The notes beneath the pieces are model-generated. The model was not told the origin of the DNA and did no database searches. It saw only the letters and a list, made by a program, of their open reading frames with translations. 64,000 nt of DNA, taken from NCBI GenBank assembly GCA_964188305.1, contig OZ076899.1, one strand, 5' to 3'. The DNA comes from Podarcis bocagei. Its lineage: Eukaryota. Below, one piece after another: positions 24,140-36,400 of this stretch (its first letter is position 1; every line of letters begins with the position of its first letter). Position numbers and translations under genes: made by a program.

Positions 24140-27100
24140 CGCGCCCGCCCAGGATTTTGCACTACAGCAGCTGTTCCTGCTTGGCATCCATCGTACAGCA
24201 GCTGCTCTGGGCTCCAAGGACTGAGCTGAAGCCATGAGCTGCTCAATTCCCCTCCCCTCCCTGGCCCTTCCAGCTCTCCGTATTTCTCTATAGATGAAGA
24301 TGGACAGAGGATTTTGAAAGGAGGGAGGGTGTTCTGGAAATGCTTTAAAGGAGGGAGGGTGTTCATAAAATGATTTTATGACAAAAATCAAGCACACCTT
24401 TCATTCTCTAGGGTCAAGCTCTGGAAAAAATGAGTCATGCTCATTGGAAGCATGAGGCTGCTCTGCCCAGCACTGTGTGACTAGCAACCCAGGAACTTAT
24501 TAAGAAAGAAGTGAATGGATATACAAACAAACGTTCCTCCAAGCCACTAAACAAGGAGGTTGAGCCAGGCCAAAGCTGAGGACCACTTCTCCCCAAAGGC
24601 CTCTGCTTAGGAAACCATCTCCCTCTCTCCCTCTGCTGCATCCCCTTCCTCTTTCCTTTCAAGGTCTCTTGGGAATGCCCCCTCACTTGCCTTGCAGAGA
24701 GGATGCAAAATCTCTTGTCAATACTGTATACATTTGCTGAGCAATGGTTCCCCCCACTTAACTTTCTTCTGTTCCCAATCCCAAGGGACCCAGAAAGTGG
24801 TGGGAGGGGTGTGGGTGTCTTGCCACTGAACCTGCAGCATTTCATGGATTGCAGGCACCGCAGAGGAGGATGCTCACCACACTGCTACTGGTCCTCTCCC
24901 ACTGAAGCCCAGCAGGGAGCGTTTCTGGTTGGCCTTGGCCTCTGTGCCTGCTGCACCAGCTTCAGACTAAGCCTTAAAGGACAAAGCTGGCCACCAGAGA
25001 GCACCCTGCCTGCCTCCAACCCTCTGTGGGCCTGCCCAGCTGCTGGCTGCTGCTGCAGCAATTCATGTCAGTAATCTCTCCCAGGAAAACAAAGCTTGGC
25101 TGCTTAGTATTCTGCTTGCATCAGAGGATTTCCTCTGCTCACAGCTGATATTGCAAGAAGTGGGCAGGGGAAGGAGGCAGGCCAGGCAGGGGCGTGGAGA
25201 AGCCACTGGGTCAAGGACAGGTGTCCAGGAGATGGCAGCCTCTTGTTTGCTGGCCTTCCCACCCACCCCCCATCTCCCCTCCCCAGCAGATTCCAGAAGC
25301 CTCTGCAGAACTCCTGGCTGCTTCCACCATCTCCTGGTACCTGCAGCCTGCAGCCCATCTCTCCTTTCCTCTTGTACTCTCCTCTTGCAGGCCAAGCATC
25401 CCATCTGACAAATGCAAATGAGTTGGCCTGCTTACAAATGTGGACCAAACTAGGTTCTCCAGTGCCCCAGTGGGCAGAAGAAGCTGTAAATGCCTCACAA
25501 CCTGGTTTCAAGGCTGTCTATGTAAAGCTCCCCTGCAACACCTTTCAGGCCAAAGCTCTTCCAGGCAGCTTGCAAAAGATCTTTAAACCATAAAACAGTT
25601 TTTAAAATATAAAGGAAAGAATCCAGTTACAAAAACTAAAAACAGCAGCAGGGTAAAACCCACCTCACCACACTTCTAACAGAATGCAATCTGAAACAAG
25701 TAAGTTTTAAAGTCTCATTTTAAAATGAACAAAGATGTGGCCATGCAGACCTCTTTTGAGCAAGAATTCCAAAGATCCAGAGCCACTCCTAAAAAGGCCT
25801 CATCTCTAATGCCTGTTAACCTGCTGTATCTGGCCACGAGCCTGCAAGGAAGGCTTCTGGGGCCCAGGCAGCTTCATATGCAGATGGTCCATCAAATAAA
25901 ACCAACATTCAAACCATTTAGGGATGGAAAGGTCCAGATTAGCATTTTAAATTGAGCCCAGAAGCAAATCAGAGCTAAAGGCATCTGGTATGTAGTAGTG
26001 GTGACTTATTTATTTATATTTTTAAAAAAGTAATTCTAAACTACTTAATATTTCAAAAATCTCTAAATAGTGCACGTTATATACAATATAAAATCTAAAA
26101 TACAGCCAATAAGACAAACACCTAAATCAAGCAGAAATTTAAGGGGTTCATACCCATAAAACAGGGTCCAAACCTATGGGTCAGGGAAAGCCCAGGCTTC
26201 TTCTATGCTTTTTTATGCTCTCCTCCACATGCATTTTGTTTCATTTGAAGTCTCCATATTACAGCAGTCTATTCATCTACTATAACATGCTCTACACAGA
26301 AGAGTTTGATCAACTGATCTAAAGAAATCTAAGGGAACTGGAAATCTGACAGCTCCTCAATACCCTGCCTGGCCCTTGAGACATGGTGCACCAGATCAAG
26401 AAGTTAGATGGCGCTAGAGCTCTGGACTAAGCCATGCATACTGTGGCTGGGAGTTCTTTGCATCCTCCCTGCCCATAGTTAAATTTATTGCAAGAAAACC
26501 CCAGCCCCACCTCTACTTCTGCCTTCAAACACCCATGCAAATGGGGGAGGGTTCCACTCTTGCCCTTTGGAGAGGGGGCAGACTAGAAGCTGGGCAACGA
26601 GAGAACCCTTGGCCCTGTGAGTGGGCAGGAACTCCTCTCCTTGTGGCTGACAATGTGTGCCAGGCCAATGGCTCCAGCAGGGCTAGACAAAGCACAAAGC
26701 CATCATCTGTTCTGGATTCCTGCATACCATTCTGATGGCTGCTGGGATTTGGCTCTGTGGCTGACCATGTGGGGGAAAAAAGAGAGTTTGGCCCTAGAGG
26801 GGGGCAGTTTTGCCATTGTCTATTCGCTTCTTGGCACTGCCCAGAAACCTGTGGGGCTCAACTGATGAGCCCCCACTCTTTTTCCAGGAAGATGTCCACT
26901 CCCTTTCTGATTCTGCTGGTGGTGGCCTGCCTTTGCAGTACTTCACAGCAACTAGACCTACCTGTAGGATGACCTGTCAGTAGCTGATGGGTCAAAGAGA
27001 ACTAGAAAAACAGGAGACACCCACCCCCAAATGCCTAGGAATCTCTGACTGTGGTGGGAGCAGTGATGCCAGCTTTGCAAGGCGGATGGGTGGCACCCAC

Positions 27101-30100
27101 GCAAAAGAGGGAGCGCAGACGCAAGGTGGGTAACCTAGTGAGCCTTCAGGTAATGTTTTTGTAGATGGAGCCACTCAACTCCTGCTGTCCTCATCTGACT
27201 CATCTCCTTGCATTTGAACAATTCCCATCCTAAAGGAGGGGCTGCACCTAGACTAGATTTTTTTAACTTGTTCATTAATAAAACTGCTCAGAGAAATCAT
27301 GCAAGTTTTGGGGATTTGATGCTATTGATATGTGGAGGACACCCAACTCTATATTTCCTTCCCATCTAAATCTATTCTCCCCCCCCCCAACTCCTACATT
27401 AGCATTTGCAGTTAGCATTGGATCAGAAAAGGGCTAACAAAATGATGCTTAATCCCAACAAGACAGATGTTTTCCTAGTCACAGAATGGCAGCTCAGGGA
27501 AAGGGGATTCAGTCTGCCTTGGCTGAAGCTGCATCCCCCTTGAAAGCTCAGGTTTGCAGCTTGGAATGCTCCTGGATCCAGCCTTGGACACAGATGTCCA
27601 GGTCCTGGCGATGTCCACAAGCAGCTTTGCTCAGGTGAGATCAGTGGGCCAATTGCATATGGTGAATTCCTTTTGAGGGATCTTTAGAAAAGTGGGTGGG
27701 TGGGGGGATTTCCCTATATTGTAATGACTTGGTGCAACCACACTTGGAATATTGTGTACTGTTCTGGTTTCTGTACCTCAAAAAGGCCATTGTAAAGCTG
27801 GAAAAGGTGCAGAAATGGCCCCCCAAACAAAGGAGGGAAGGGGTTGGCACAACTCCCCTATACAGAAAGGTGACATAGTTTAGGGGGTGAATTGGAATGA
27901 ATAAACCTAAGGTAGTCATGTTTAAGAATGTCAGCCCTCTAAGTCTTTTTAGTTTAAGAAAAGGGTAAGCAGTGTGTGTGGTGGGAGAGTGGGAGAGAGA
28001 GAGAGAGAGAGAGAGGTGCTAAAGAGATATAAAATTAAGCATGGTATGGCAAAATTAGATACAGAGAAGTTTTTCGGAAGACACAAGATTTACCCACCAG
28101 GGAAGAATGGCAGATGAAGTTGATGGACTACATGGAATTGGCGGAAATAACTGGCAGAATCTGAGACCAGGGAGAAGAGTCGGTGGAAGAAGACTGGAAA
28201 AAGTTTAAAGACTATTTACAGAAATACTGTAAAATTAATGAATGTTAGAAAAATGTTGGAATGAAGTTATATGGCTTTAGTAGAAATGTTATAAGGAATT
28301 AAGTATAAATAGATTAATAGAGCATTAAAGGGAAAAATAAGGTTAGAATGTGTTAAGACAATTATAGAATAGAAAACAGGAAGATGGAAAGGAATTGCTG
28401 AAACAATTAATAGAAGTGGAATACAAAAAGGGAGGTGTGAGGAGGTCGTGGAAATTAGTGAAAGAAAGATAAGATATTGAAATTGGACTGTGTTTTAAAT
28501 GGTTTTTGTTTTGTTTTGTTAGTTGTATGTTAGTGTTTTGCAGTGTTGTTGTTTTTTTGTATTGTATTGTATTGTTGTATGTTTTTTCTTATGTACTTGT
28601 AACTCCATTTAAAGTTTTAAAATTTAAATTTTCCTCAGTTGGCTGCAAAATACAAAACTATTTTTTGGCTTTAGGAACAAAACCCAGTTCTAGTACTTTA
28701 TCATATACTTAGGGAAAGTCTCCCTTTCTTTCCTTTCCGCGCAGTCTTTCAAGGTAGCTAAGAGCATTTTAAGAGGGTACATCTTCTTGGAGGGCATTTG
28801 GAGGAGAGGCCCGATTGCTGCTATTAAATGTTGCTTAGTGATTTGTTGTTCTTTTAATGGACTGTGTTTTTTATGGATTCTTATTTACTTGTTTTATTGG
28901 GAATTACTCTGTAGCTTGGGGAAATAATACAAAGTTTTAAAACATACCATGAAGAAAGCAGCCTTAAAATGATCAAATACAGGAAATGAGTTTGTCCTCC
29001 AGAACTCCATGAGGCGTGCCTTTGGGAATGCAAAATTATTTGCATCTGGGGTGCAAAATCCACTCAAAAATTTGCATAGCGGGTTGGCCTCCTACACTGG
29101 GTCTACTCTGGCTACTTTGGAACCGCAGTGGAAGCAGTTGCCTTATACAGAACCAGACCAATGGGGTCCATCAAACTCAGTTTTTTATACACTGACTGGC
29201 AGCAATGAGACTCCAGGATGTCAGGAGACATTCCCAGGTCTACCTGGAGATGTCATCAAGGACTAAGCCTGGGACCTTTTGCAGACAAAGGAGGTGATCT
29301 AATGACTGAGGCACCACTACCCTTCACCTTTCAGAGCTGGAGAAGCAGGGAAGCGATTCTGGATGCAAACTCTGGCTGTATCCTTCTGCATAACTAACCC
29401 AGTCCTTACCCTCAGAGGTAATTGCACTGCACCTTGGCCTTTATGACTGAAGGAAGATTAAGAATTCAGTCCTACACACACTTACCTGGAAGTAAGTTCC
29501 AGATAACTCAATGTGGCTTACTTCTGAGTAGCCAAGCATAGGGTTGCAACCAGGCCTCCTGGCTCCCTGTAATGCCCTGCAACCTCTGGCAATCAAATTG
29601 ATATTATTCTCTAGTGTTGAAGCGTTTGCAATGGATGGCCACAGGATGCCACTGGAAGCTTCTGCATGAGGAAGCAGCTTCCCCACCCCAAGATTTGGCT
29701 TCCTTTCCATTCTGCCTGATAAAGAGGGTTGTATGGCTCAAAAGCCTGTATCTCCTCCATACCAGCCAGCTGATCCAATAAAGATAATGCCTTGCTTAGG
29801 GCACAATCCAGCCAAAGCTAAGCACCTTTAAGTCCCACTGATTTGTTCTTAGACAGATGTTCCAGTAGCTTCAGATAGTGACTTTCACGGATTGTCCACA
29901 TGCAGGAAGAAAAGCCTTCCATCAGCAGGAGGCTTCTGGGGCCTCCTTTCTTTGGCTCAGCCAGGATGGTCCAGGCCAGACAAAAGGAAGGACTCTTTCA
30001 CACAGCAGCACAGAGGTAAACCCTGAAATTCACTCCTAGGAGAGGCAGTGATGGTGGCCACAAATGGGGAAAACTTGAAAAGAGGAGTGGACAACTTCAT

Positions 30101-30366
30101 GGAGGGGGATAAGGTTACCAATTAGTGCAAGCACAAATGGCTGTGTTCTCTGTCCAGGGTCAGGATGCTGAGAAAATGTGGAGGAGCACTGTGCTCTTGT
30201 CCTGCTTTTGAGCTGCCCCTTGGGGCATTTGCTTGGCCACTGTGAGAACAGAGCACAGAACCAGCTGAGCCCCCTTAGGCCTGATCTTGCAGCTTCAGGG
30301 CTCCTCTAAAGTGCTTAGGACCCTTGACTAGGAAGGGGCTTCCAAGAGGAAGTGGGACTGGGGTGG

Positions 30367-30409
<43 letters not shown>

Positions 30410-33400
30410 ACCTGACTGGCAGACAAGATGATGCTTGGCACTCAGTCCGGCCTCAGCCCCAGCAGCACCGTGCTGCTGGCATCCTCACTGGCACCAGAGG
30501 GTGGGGCACCCATGTTGGAAGAAGAGGGCGAACTCCACGGGACTAAGCTGAGACATCTGAGCAACAACGCGGGGAACGACGGGGCTGGGCAAGCAGGCCA
30601 GGAGAAAGCATGTGCGGGGGGGGGGGGCGCAGTGCTTCTTTCCAATCCATCTCCGGCAGCGTTCAAGAGCTCTTGGAGAACATCCCCCCTCCCGCACCGC
30701 TTCTGGAAGCATCGGTGTCTGAGAAGGCGGGGGCTGGTCCCGGAGGAGGCGTGCTCCCAAGGGGTCCGGCAGGCCGGAGGCCGCCAAGCTGACTCCCTGC
30801 GCCCCCCACCCCCACCCCACGCGGCACTTGGAGCAGGCGGGCGCCAGCTGCAAAATTTGCCGCAGTGTGCGCGCCTCGCGTGCGCGCTCAAGAGCCTCCG
30901 CCACCGCGTCCCCCCTCCCCGGCAAAGGCGAAAGGGGGCGCTGGCCGGACCCTTTCCCGGAGGCCTTGATGGGCAGGCTAGCTAGCCAGCCTGCGAGCTG
31001 CCCCCTCCGGAGCAAAAGCACCAGCGCCTCCGCCTTCCAGTCCCAGGAGGGCTAGCTGGCCCATCTGCCCAAGACCAGTCCCCCCCCCCGGGCAGGGATA
31101 CCCCTCGGGGCACGTCCCCGCGGGGGGAAGCAATGAAGCCCGGGGGGGTGGGCAGCACCTGCGGACGAGGATGCTGCTGCGCCCCCTCCCTCCTCTCCCC
31201 ACTCCGCTCCCTTCCGGAGGTCGGGCATGCGGGGTGCAGCCCCCCTTCCGTCCCCCGGCGGGCCTCCTCTCGGCCCGTGCGATGCGCGGAGGGCTCTGGC
31301 CACCCTCGCCCTCCCAGGATCCCACCCCTCTGGCCGGCTGGCCGGCCGTGGCCGGTCCCATCCCCGCTCCCCCCACCCCATGCACGTACCCGGTGAGGTG
31401 GCGACGCGTCCCTCCGCCCTCGGCTGCCCTCCGCGACGATGCCGGCTGGGCCTGGGCTGCGCCAGGCAGCTGCTGTCAGTGCAAAGCGGCGGCGGCGAAG
31501 TGGGGGGGGGGAGGGGGCGGAGCTGCTCCCCCCCGCCCCGGCAGCCTTAACCCCTCGTGAGCCGCGGCAAGGCCCAAGGCCTCCGAACTGCCCAAGCACA
31601 CGACTGAGCAGGAAAGGGGCAAGAGAGGGCTGGAAGTGGGGGGCGTTGCACGGCTCTTCCGCAGGAAAGGAGCTCGCTCAGGTTGTGGATGCAAAAGGAG
31701 CCACTCCACTTCCCTCCTGCAAGACCTGGGGAAGGGGAGCCCGCAAGTGCTGTTCTAGAGGATGCATCAACAGTGCAGTCAAGTCGTCTCCAATGAGGCT
31801 TCCTCCCAAGTCAGCGAAACGGGCTGCTGTGAAAATGGAAAAGGAGCCAGATTCCCTGGGAAATGTGGGGAGCTGTTTCCACACAAGAAAATGATGCCCA
31901 ACTGCAGAGAGAATTATTTTTTTGGGGGGAGCAGGATTTGGCATGTCTGAGCTGAGCCCCCATTTGGATGTGCTTTAGCATACATCCAATGTCACCATCT
32001 GGTGCCCAAAGGGAACCACAACAGGAGGCATCCTCCCATCATTAAACCATGCTTGGCTGTCATCTTGGGCCTGGAAATGAACGTACAGATCACATATGAT
32101 TAAGAGAACTGAAATGAATTACAGGTCCTCTGAACCCCAGTTGCTGCCCGGAGGGTCTGCTAAGCTCTGCCAGGCTGGTTGTAAATAAAAAGACAAGAGA
32201 GATGGGAGGAGTTTGGGGGCTTGAAGCAAGAAGTTCCACTTCCGAGGCCAGTAAGCCACTCTGGCCTCGGAGTGCTGTTCATGGCTGTTGGAAGGATTTG
32301 CTGGCCTGGAAGGAAGAGGAGGTGTTGCCACATTCAGAGCAATTGGCAACAGGAAGCCTTTCGACTGGCCAGGCCTAGTATGTGCTTGGCCACTCCTGCT
32401 ATAGCTTCTGCCTGTCAAGCCCAGCTCAAATCTGGTCTAAATTAAGGTGTCCAGGGAGATGTCTAACCTAGTCCAGGCAAGGGATGCATTTAGTGGACTA
32501 GTTCTGCTAAGGTTAACAAGAACAGGAAAGCAGTTAAACTGTTGCTGTTCTTATTGATTAATTAATTTACATGTAGCACCACCATTAAGAAATCACCATT
32601 AAAAAACACTAATTCTTAATGTTGCCATTTCTGGGGTCTTATTCGTCTTTTGTGTAGAGGCTGGCCTGTTCATCTTACTCAAAATGTGGAAGATCAGATA
32701 TTGTCCCAGAATATCTCTAGCAGTGGCAAACACACTTGAGTTCTGCTTCTCTGTCCAGCACTGAGAAAGCTGAACAGGGAGACTGGGACATCATTTCCAT
32801 CAGTATACTGTAATGCATTCCAGCGAATGCAGCAAAACTCCAGGAAATTAAGATGCCTACAGAACAGGATATCCAGCTGATTCCTGACAGATGACCAGCT
32901 TGGTGCCTGTGAGGGTAGAGGTGTGATTTTCAGCTTGGGAAATACATTTGTGTCTTAGAAGGGCTTTGCATATAATGGAATTCCAGCCTCTTCATGGAAG
33001 AGAGTAATAGGGAAAATTCCATGCCTCACCTACAGGAGTTGACAGGTGTCTATAACTGACTTGGAAGTGCATGTACTGAGCTGCAATGACTACACAATCC
33101 AGGGAGGTTCTATATGGAAGAGTGACACTTTCATAAGAAACAACAATAAATATTGTATAGGTGTGTCATCCTCCTTCCCTCTCTTTGCAAAGATCAGGGG
33201 TGAGTACAGATCTGCCTGAAGGCAAAACAGCACCATCCACTAGGGATGGGTGGGTATCATTATTTCAGATTATCAGTTTTCCAATCTTAAATTCAGATTT
33301 TCACAGATTAAATTCAGATTTCAGATTGCTTCATATCCACGGAACTTGTGGTCAGTTGGCAAATAAGGCATAAGGAGAGTAGGAGGTGGGCAGCTTGGCC

Positions 33401-36400
33401 TCTGTGCTGCTGTCTCCTCCTCCAGTCTCTCTTGATCCATTTCACTCCACTTTTTCCAGCAAAAGAGAGACACCCAGATACAGAAAGGACAGAGATGGCC
33501 ATTGTGTTGATAGGCTAAATTGCTCAAGGGATGAAAGTAAGAGTGACCTATATAAATTAATGGAGAAGTCCAATATTTTAATATAGATAGATTTGGGCAG
33601 CAGTGTGTCCATCCACCCTCCAAAAAAATGTTAGAGCAGAAACTCTTTCCTTTATTGCAAATTCATTTCTTATTTAGTGTGAAACATTTTTAAATTATCC
33701 CTGCTAATACAAACTCCAAAGCAAATACTGTTCATTAACTCCTTGGCAGGGGTTGTGGCTAGCAGGGAGTGGCAGCGCAGCTCACACTGAATCCTACGGT
33801 TTCCAAAAATAGGGGTCTAATACTTGTCCACAGCTGTTAGGCCCCTGTTGCAGGTTGGGTGGAAGCTGAGAGTGCAGCTTACACTTTTGCCATGATATCC
33901 ATCATTTTATGCTTACATTGCAGATTGAGCTGGGAAGCATTAAACAAGGATCAGCTCACTGTTATACCCCTATTGCTGACTGGAAGACTGTGGCAGGACA
34001 GAGTAGTGCATGGCAGACCTTCAATGCTCTTAATATTTCAGGTCACCAGCAGGGCTGAGGCAGATTTGGATTCTCACATTTGTCAGGTTGCAGCAAATCT
34101 GTCATGCACTCAGCTCTCCATTGTGGCCTAGCCAAGCACTCAGCTGCATGTAGAAGATGTGGGACATTAGAAATACATATTCTTAGAAATTCAACTTTAG
34201 AAATACATATTCTTGCTAGTTAGCATGAGAAGGGGCTAACACTACCGAGATGTGTTGTTGACAGGCTCAGACCATAGAAATACAATTGGTAGGCATTCCC
34301 CCCTCCTCTGCTGTAGAAGGCGCATGTAGCATTTCCTGCTTCTTCCTCCCTCCCTTTCTTTCTTTGACAAGCGTTGGATACAGACAAAGCTTTGGGCACA
34401 TGGCTGAAGTTGGTTATACTGTAGATATGAATACATGTTTTACCTGCATAGTTTTTACTGCTGCCTTTACTGTGAACCAGCAGAAGGTTATAAAGTAAGT
34501 AAATCTTGTTTTAAACTTACTTTACAAGTTGTTTCTTGATTCTTTGTTAAGTGGGGTAAGAAATAGAAGACCAGGTTATTTCATAGCTGAACTTGCTCAA
34601 AAGTAGGCTTTACAGTGGACTTTAAAAGCAGGCATTAAAGTAGACTCTCCTTCTATGGAGCTTTTTAAGCAGAGGTTGGATGACCATCTGTCATGGATGC
34701 TTTAGCTGAGATTCCTGCATTGCAGGGGGTTGGACTAGATGACCTTTGGGATTCCTTCCAACTCTACAATTCTATGATTCTACAGCCTAATTCTTATGCT
34801 TTAAATTTTTGCTGCCAATTATGGGATTTTAAAACTCTGTTCAACCTACACACGTGGGAGCCAGAAGGGATAAATTGCAGTTAATATATCCTCTCCTACC
34901 CATAAAACTCATCCTACAGAAGCCTCCCGTTCCATTGACTTGCATGGAGACTTTGAAATGTCAAAGAGGTGATGACGCGTGAGCTGAAATCTCCAGGGAT
35001 CTTGCAGCCCAGAACCTGTTAGAAGCAAGATTGAGCTCTGTGTAGATCTAGCCATGAACCAAAGGCCAGGATACCATGCGTAATGAGCTGCACACAAACT
35101 CCTGACTCTCTTGCTATCCTTCCATGAAGGGAAAGCATCAGGAGACAGGCCTGTTTACATCTTTTCCTGCATCTCTGACTTCTCGCATTCTTCAGGGTTG
35201 TCCCGCCTTGCTTTAAACAAGCTGCTTCCCCAATTTTTCGTCAGCACTGACCATGGTTGCACGTAAGGAAGTGGATGTCAGTCACCAAAGCTTAGAAAAA
35301 TAAATGAGATGTCAACAAAGAGTGTTGTGGCACCTTAAAGATGGAAGTGCAACACTCTTCGTTGACATCTCTTTCTTTCTTAGTTCAGTTTGCTCTTTGA
35401 GATGTAGTAACATCCTTCCATGAATTAACTCCTGTGGTTTTGAAGTCTCTTTTCCATGGCTACCTCTTCTCAGGTTTCTCCTTCCGTTTGGAGACCTGAT
35501 AGTTCTCTGTTCTCAGCCCCCTCCCTTTGTTCCTTCTAGGCTACCTCTGTGGTGTTATGCTGATGATATCTAGCTTGATCTTTCCGCCCTTCTCTCTTCA
35601 TTCCTACAAGGCCAAGGTCCCTTTGGCACCATCCTGAAGGATGCCCAATTTCAGGCTGCATCTTGGGGCAGGGAGAGCATTGACCAGGGCAGCAGCTTCA
35701 GCTTTATTTAAAAAAATAAAAAGAGAAGAATAGTTGTAGGCAGTGCTATTTTTCTAGAAAAAGCGGTCCCGGAATTCACCAGGAACACCTCCCCTTGTTC
35801 TCTTATAATGGCAATGGGCCCACCTGAGAGGGGCCAGAACTGAGCCCTGGTTGTAGGAGATGTTGGCTCAGAAGAAGCAGAGCTCCAGCTGCCACCACCC
35901 TGCTTCCGTCTCCTCAGGATGCCTACCATGACCCTGAACCCAAGCAGTTACCAGGAATCTTGAAGCAGAAGTGGAAAATCCTGCTGCACCAGGCATAGCA
36001 GGAATACAAACAGAGAAGGGGCTAAACTTCAATTCCCAACAATGAGCCTTAGTCTGTATCTGACCCCCCACCCCCGTCGCAGACAACCCCACAAAGATAG
36101 CACTTCCGGAGCCTGAGTCCCACAAGGAACCCTTGACACCCCACCCCTACCCCACTCTCAAGCACGGGCGATACAGAAAGCGGGAGAGGATGATGATAAT
36201 AATAATAAAAATAATTTATTTATTTGCTACTCATCTGGATTCGGTTACCCCAACCACTCTCAAGGTAACAGGGTGATAGGTGGGATCCAGGCCAGAGGAT
36301 TGGCTTCAGGGAGTCTCCACTCTTGAGGATCTAGGGGAGAGACTGAAGGAATGGGGAGATTTGGCCCAAGACCAGGGGTCCTCGAACTACAATCCATGGG

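Noticed and set aside
28162-28164. In-frame TGA within a coding-like stretch (possible recoding)
   Set aside because: It lies in a dead L1 fragment; CpG decay of CGA is the simpler explanation.
30428-31894. Overlapping 100-200 aa ORFs in the intronic CpG island
   Set aside because: Expected from stop-codon depletion in GC-rich DNA; Arg/Gly/Pro-rich with no homology evident.
33286-34215. Short local duplications (ttaaattcagattt x2 near 33288; ttagaaatacatattctt x2 near 34167)
   Set aside because: Two-copy slippage duplications, not a repeat-spacer array; no CRISPR-like structure anywhere in the window.
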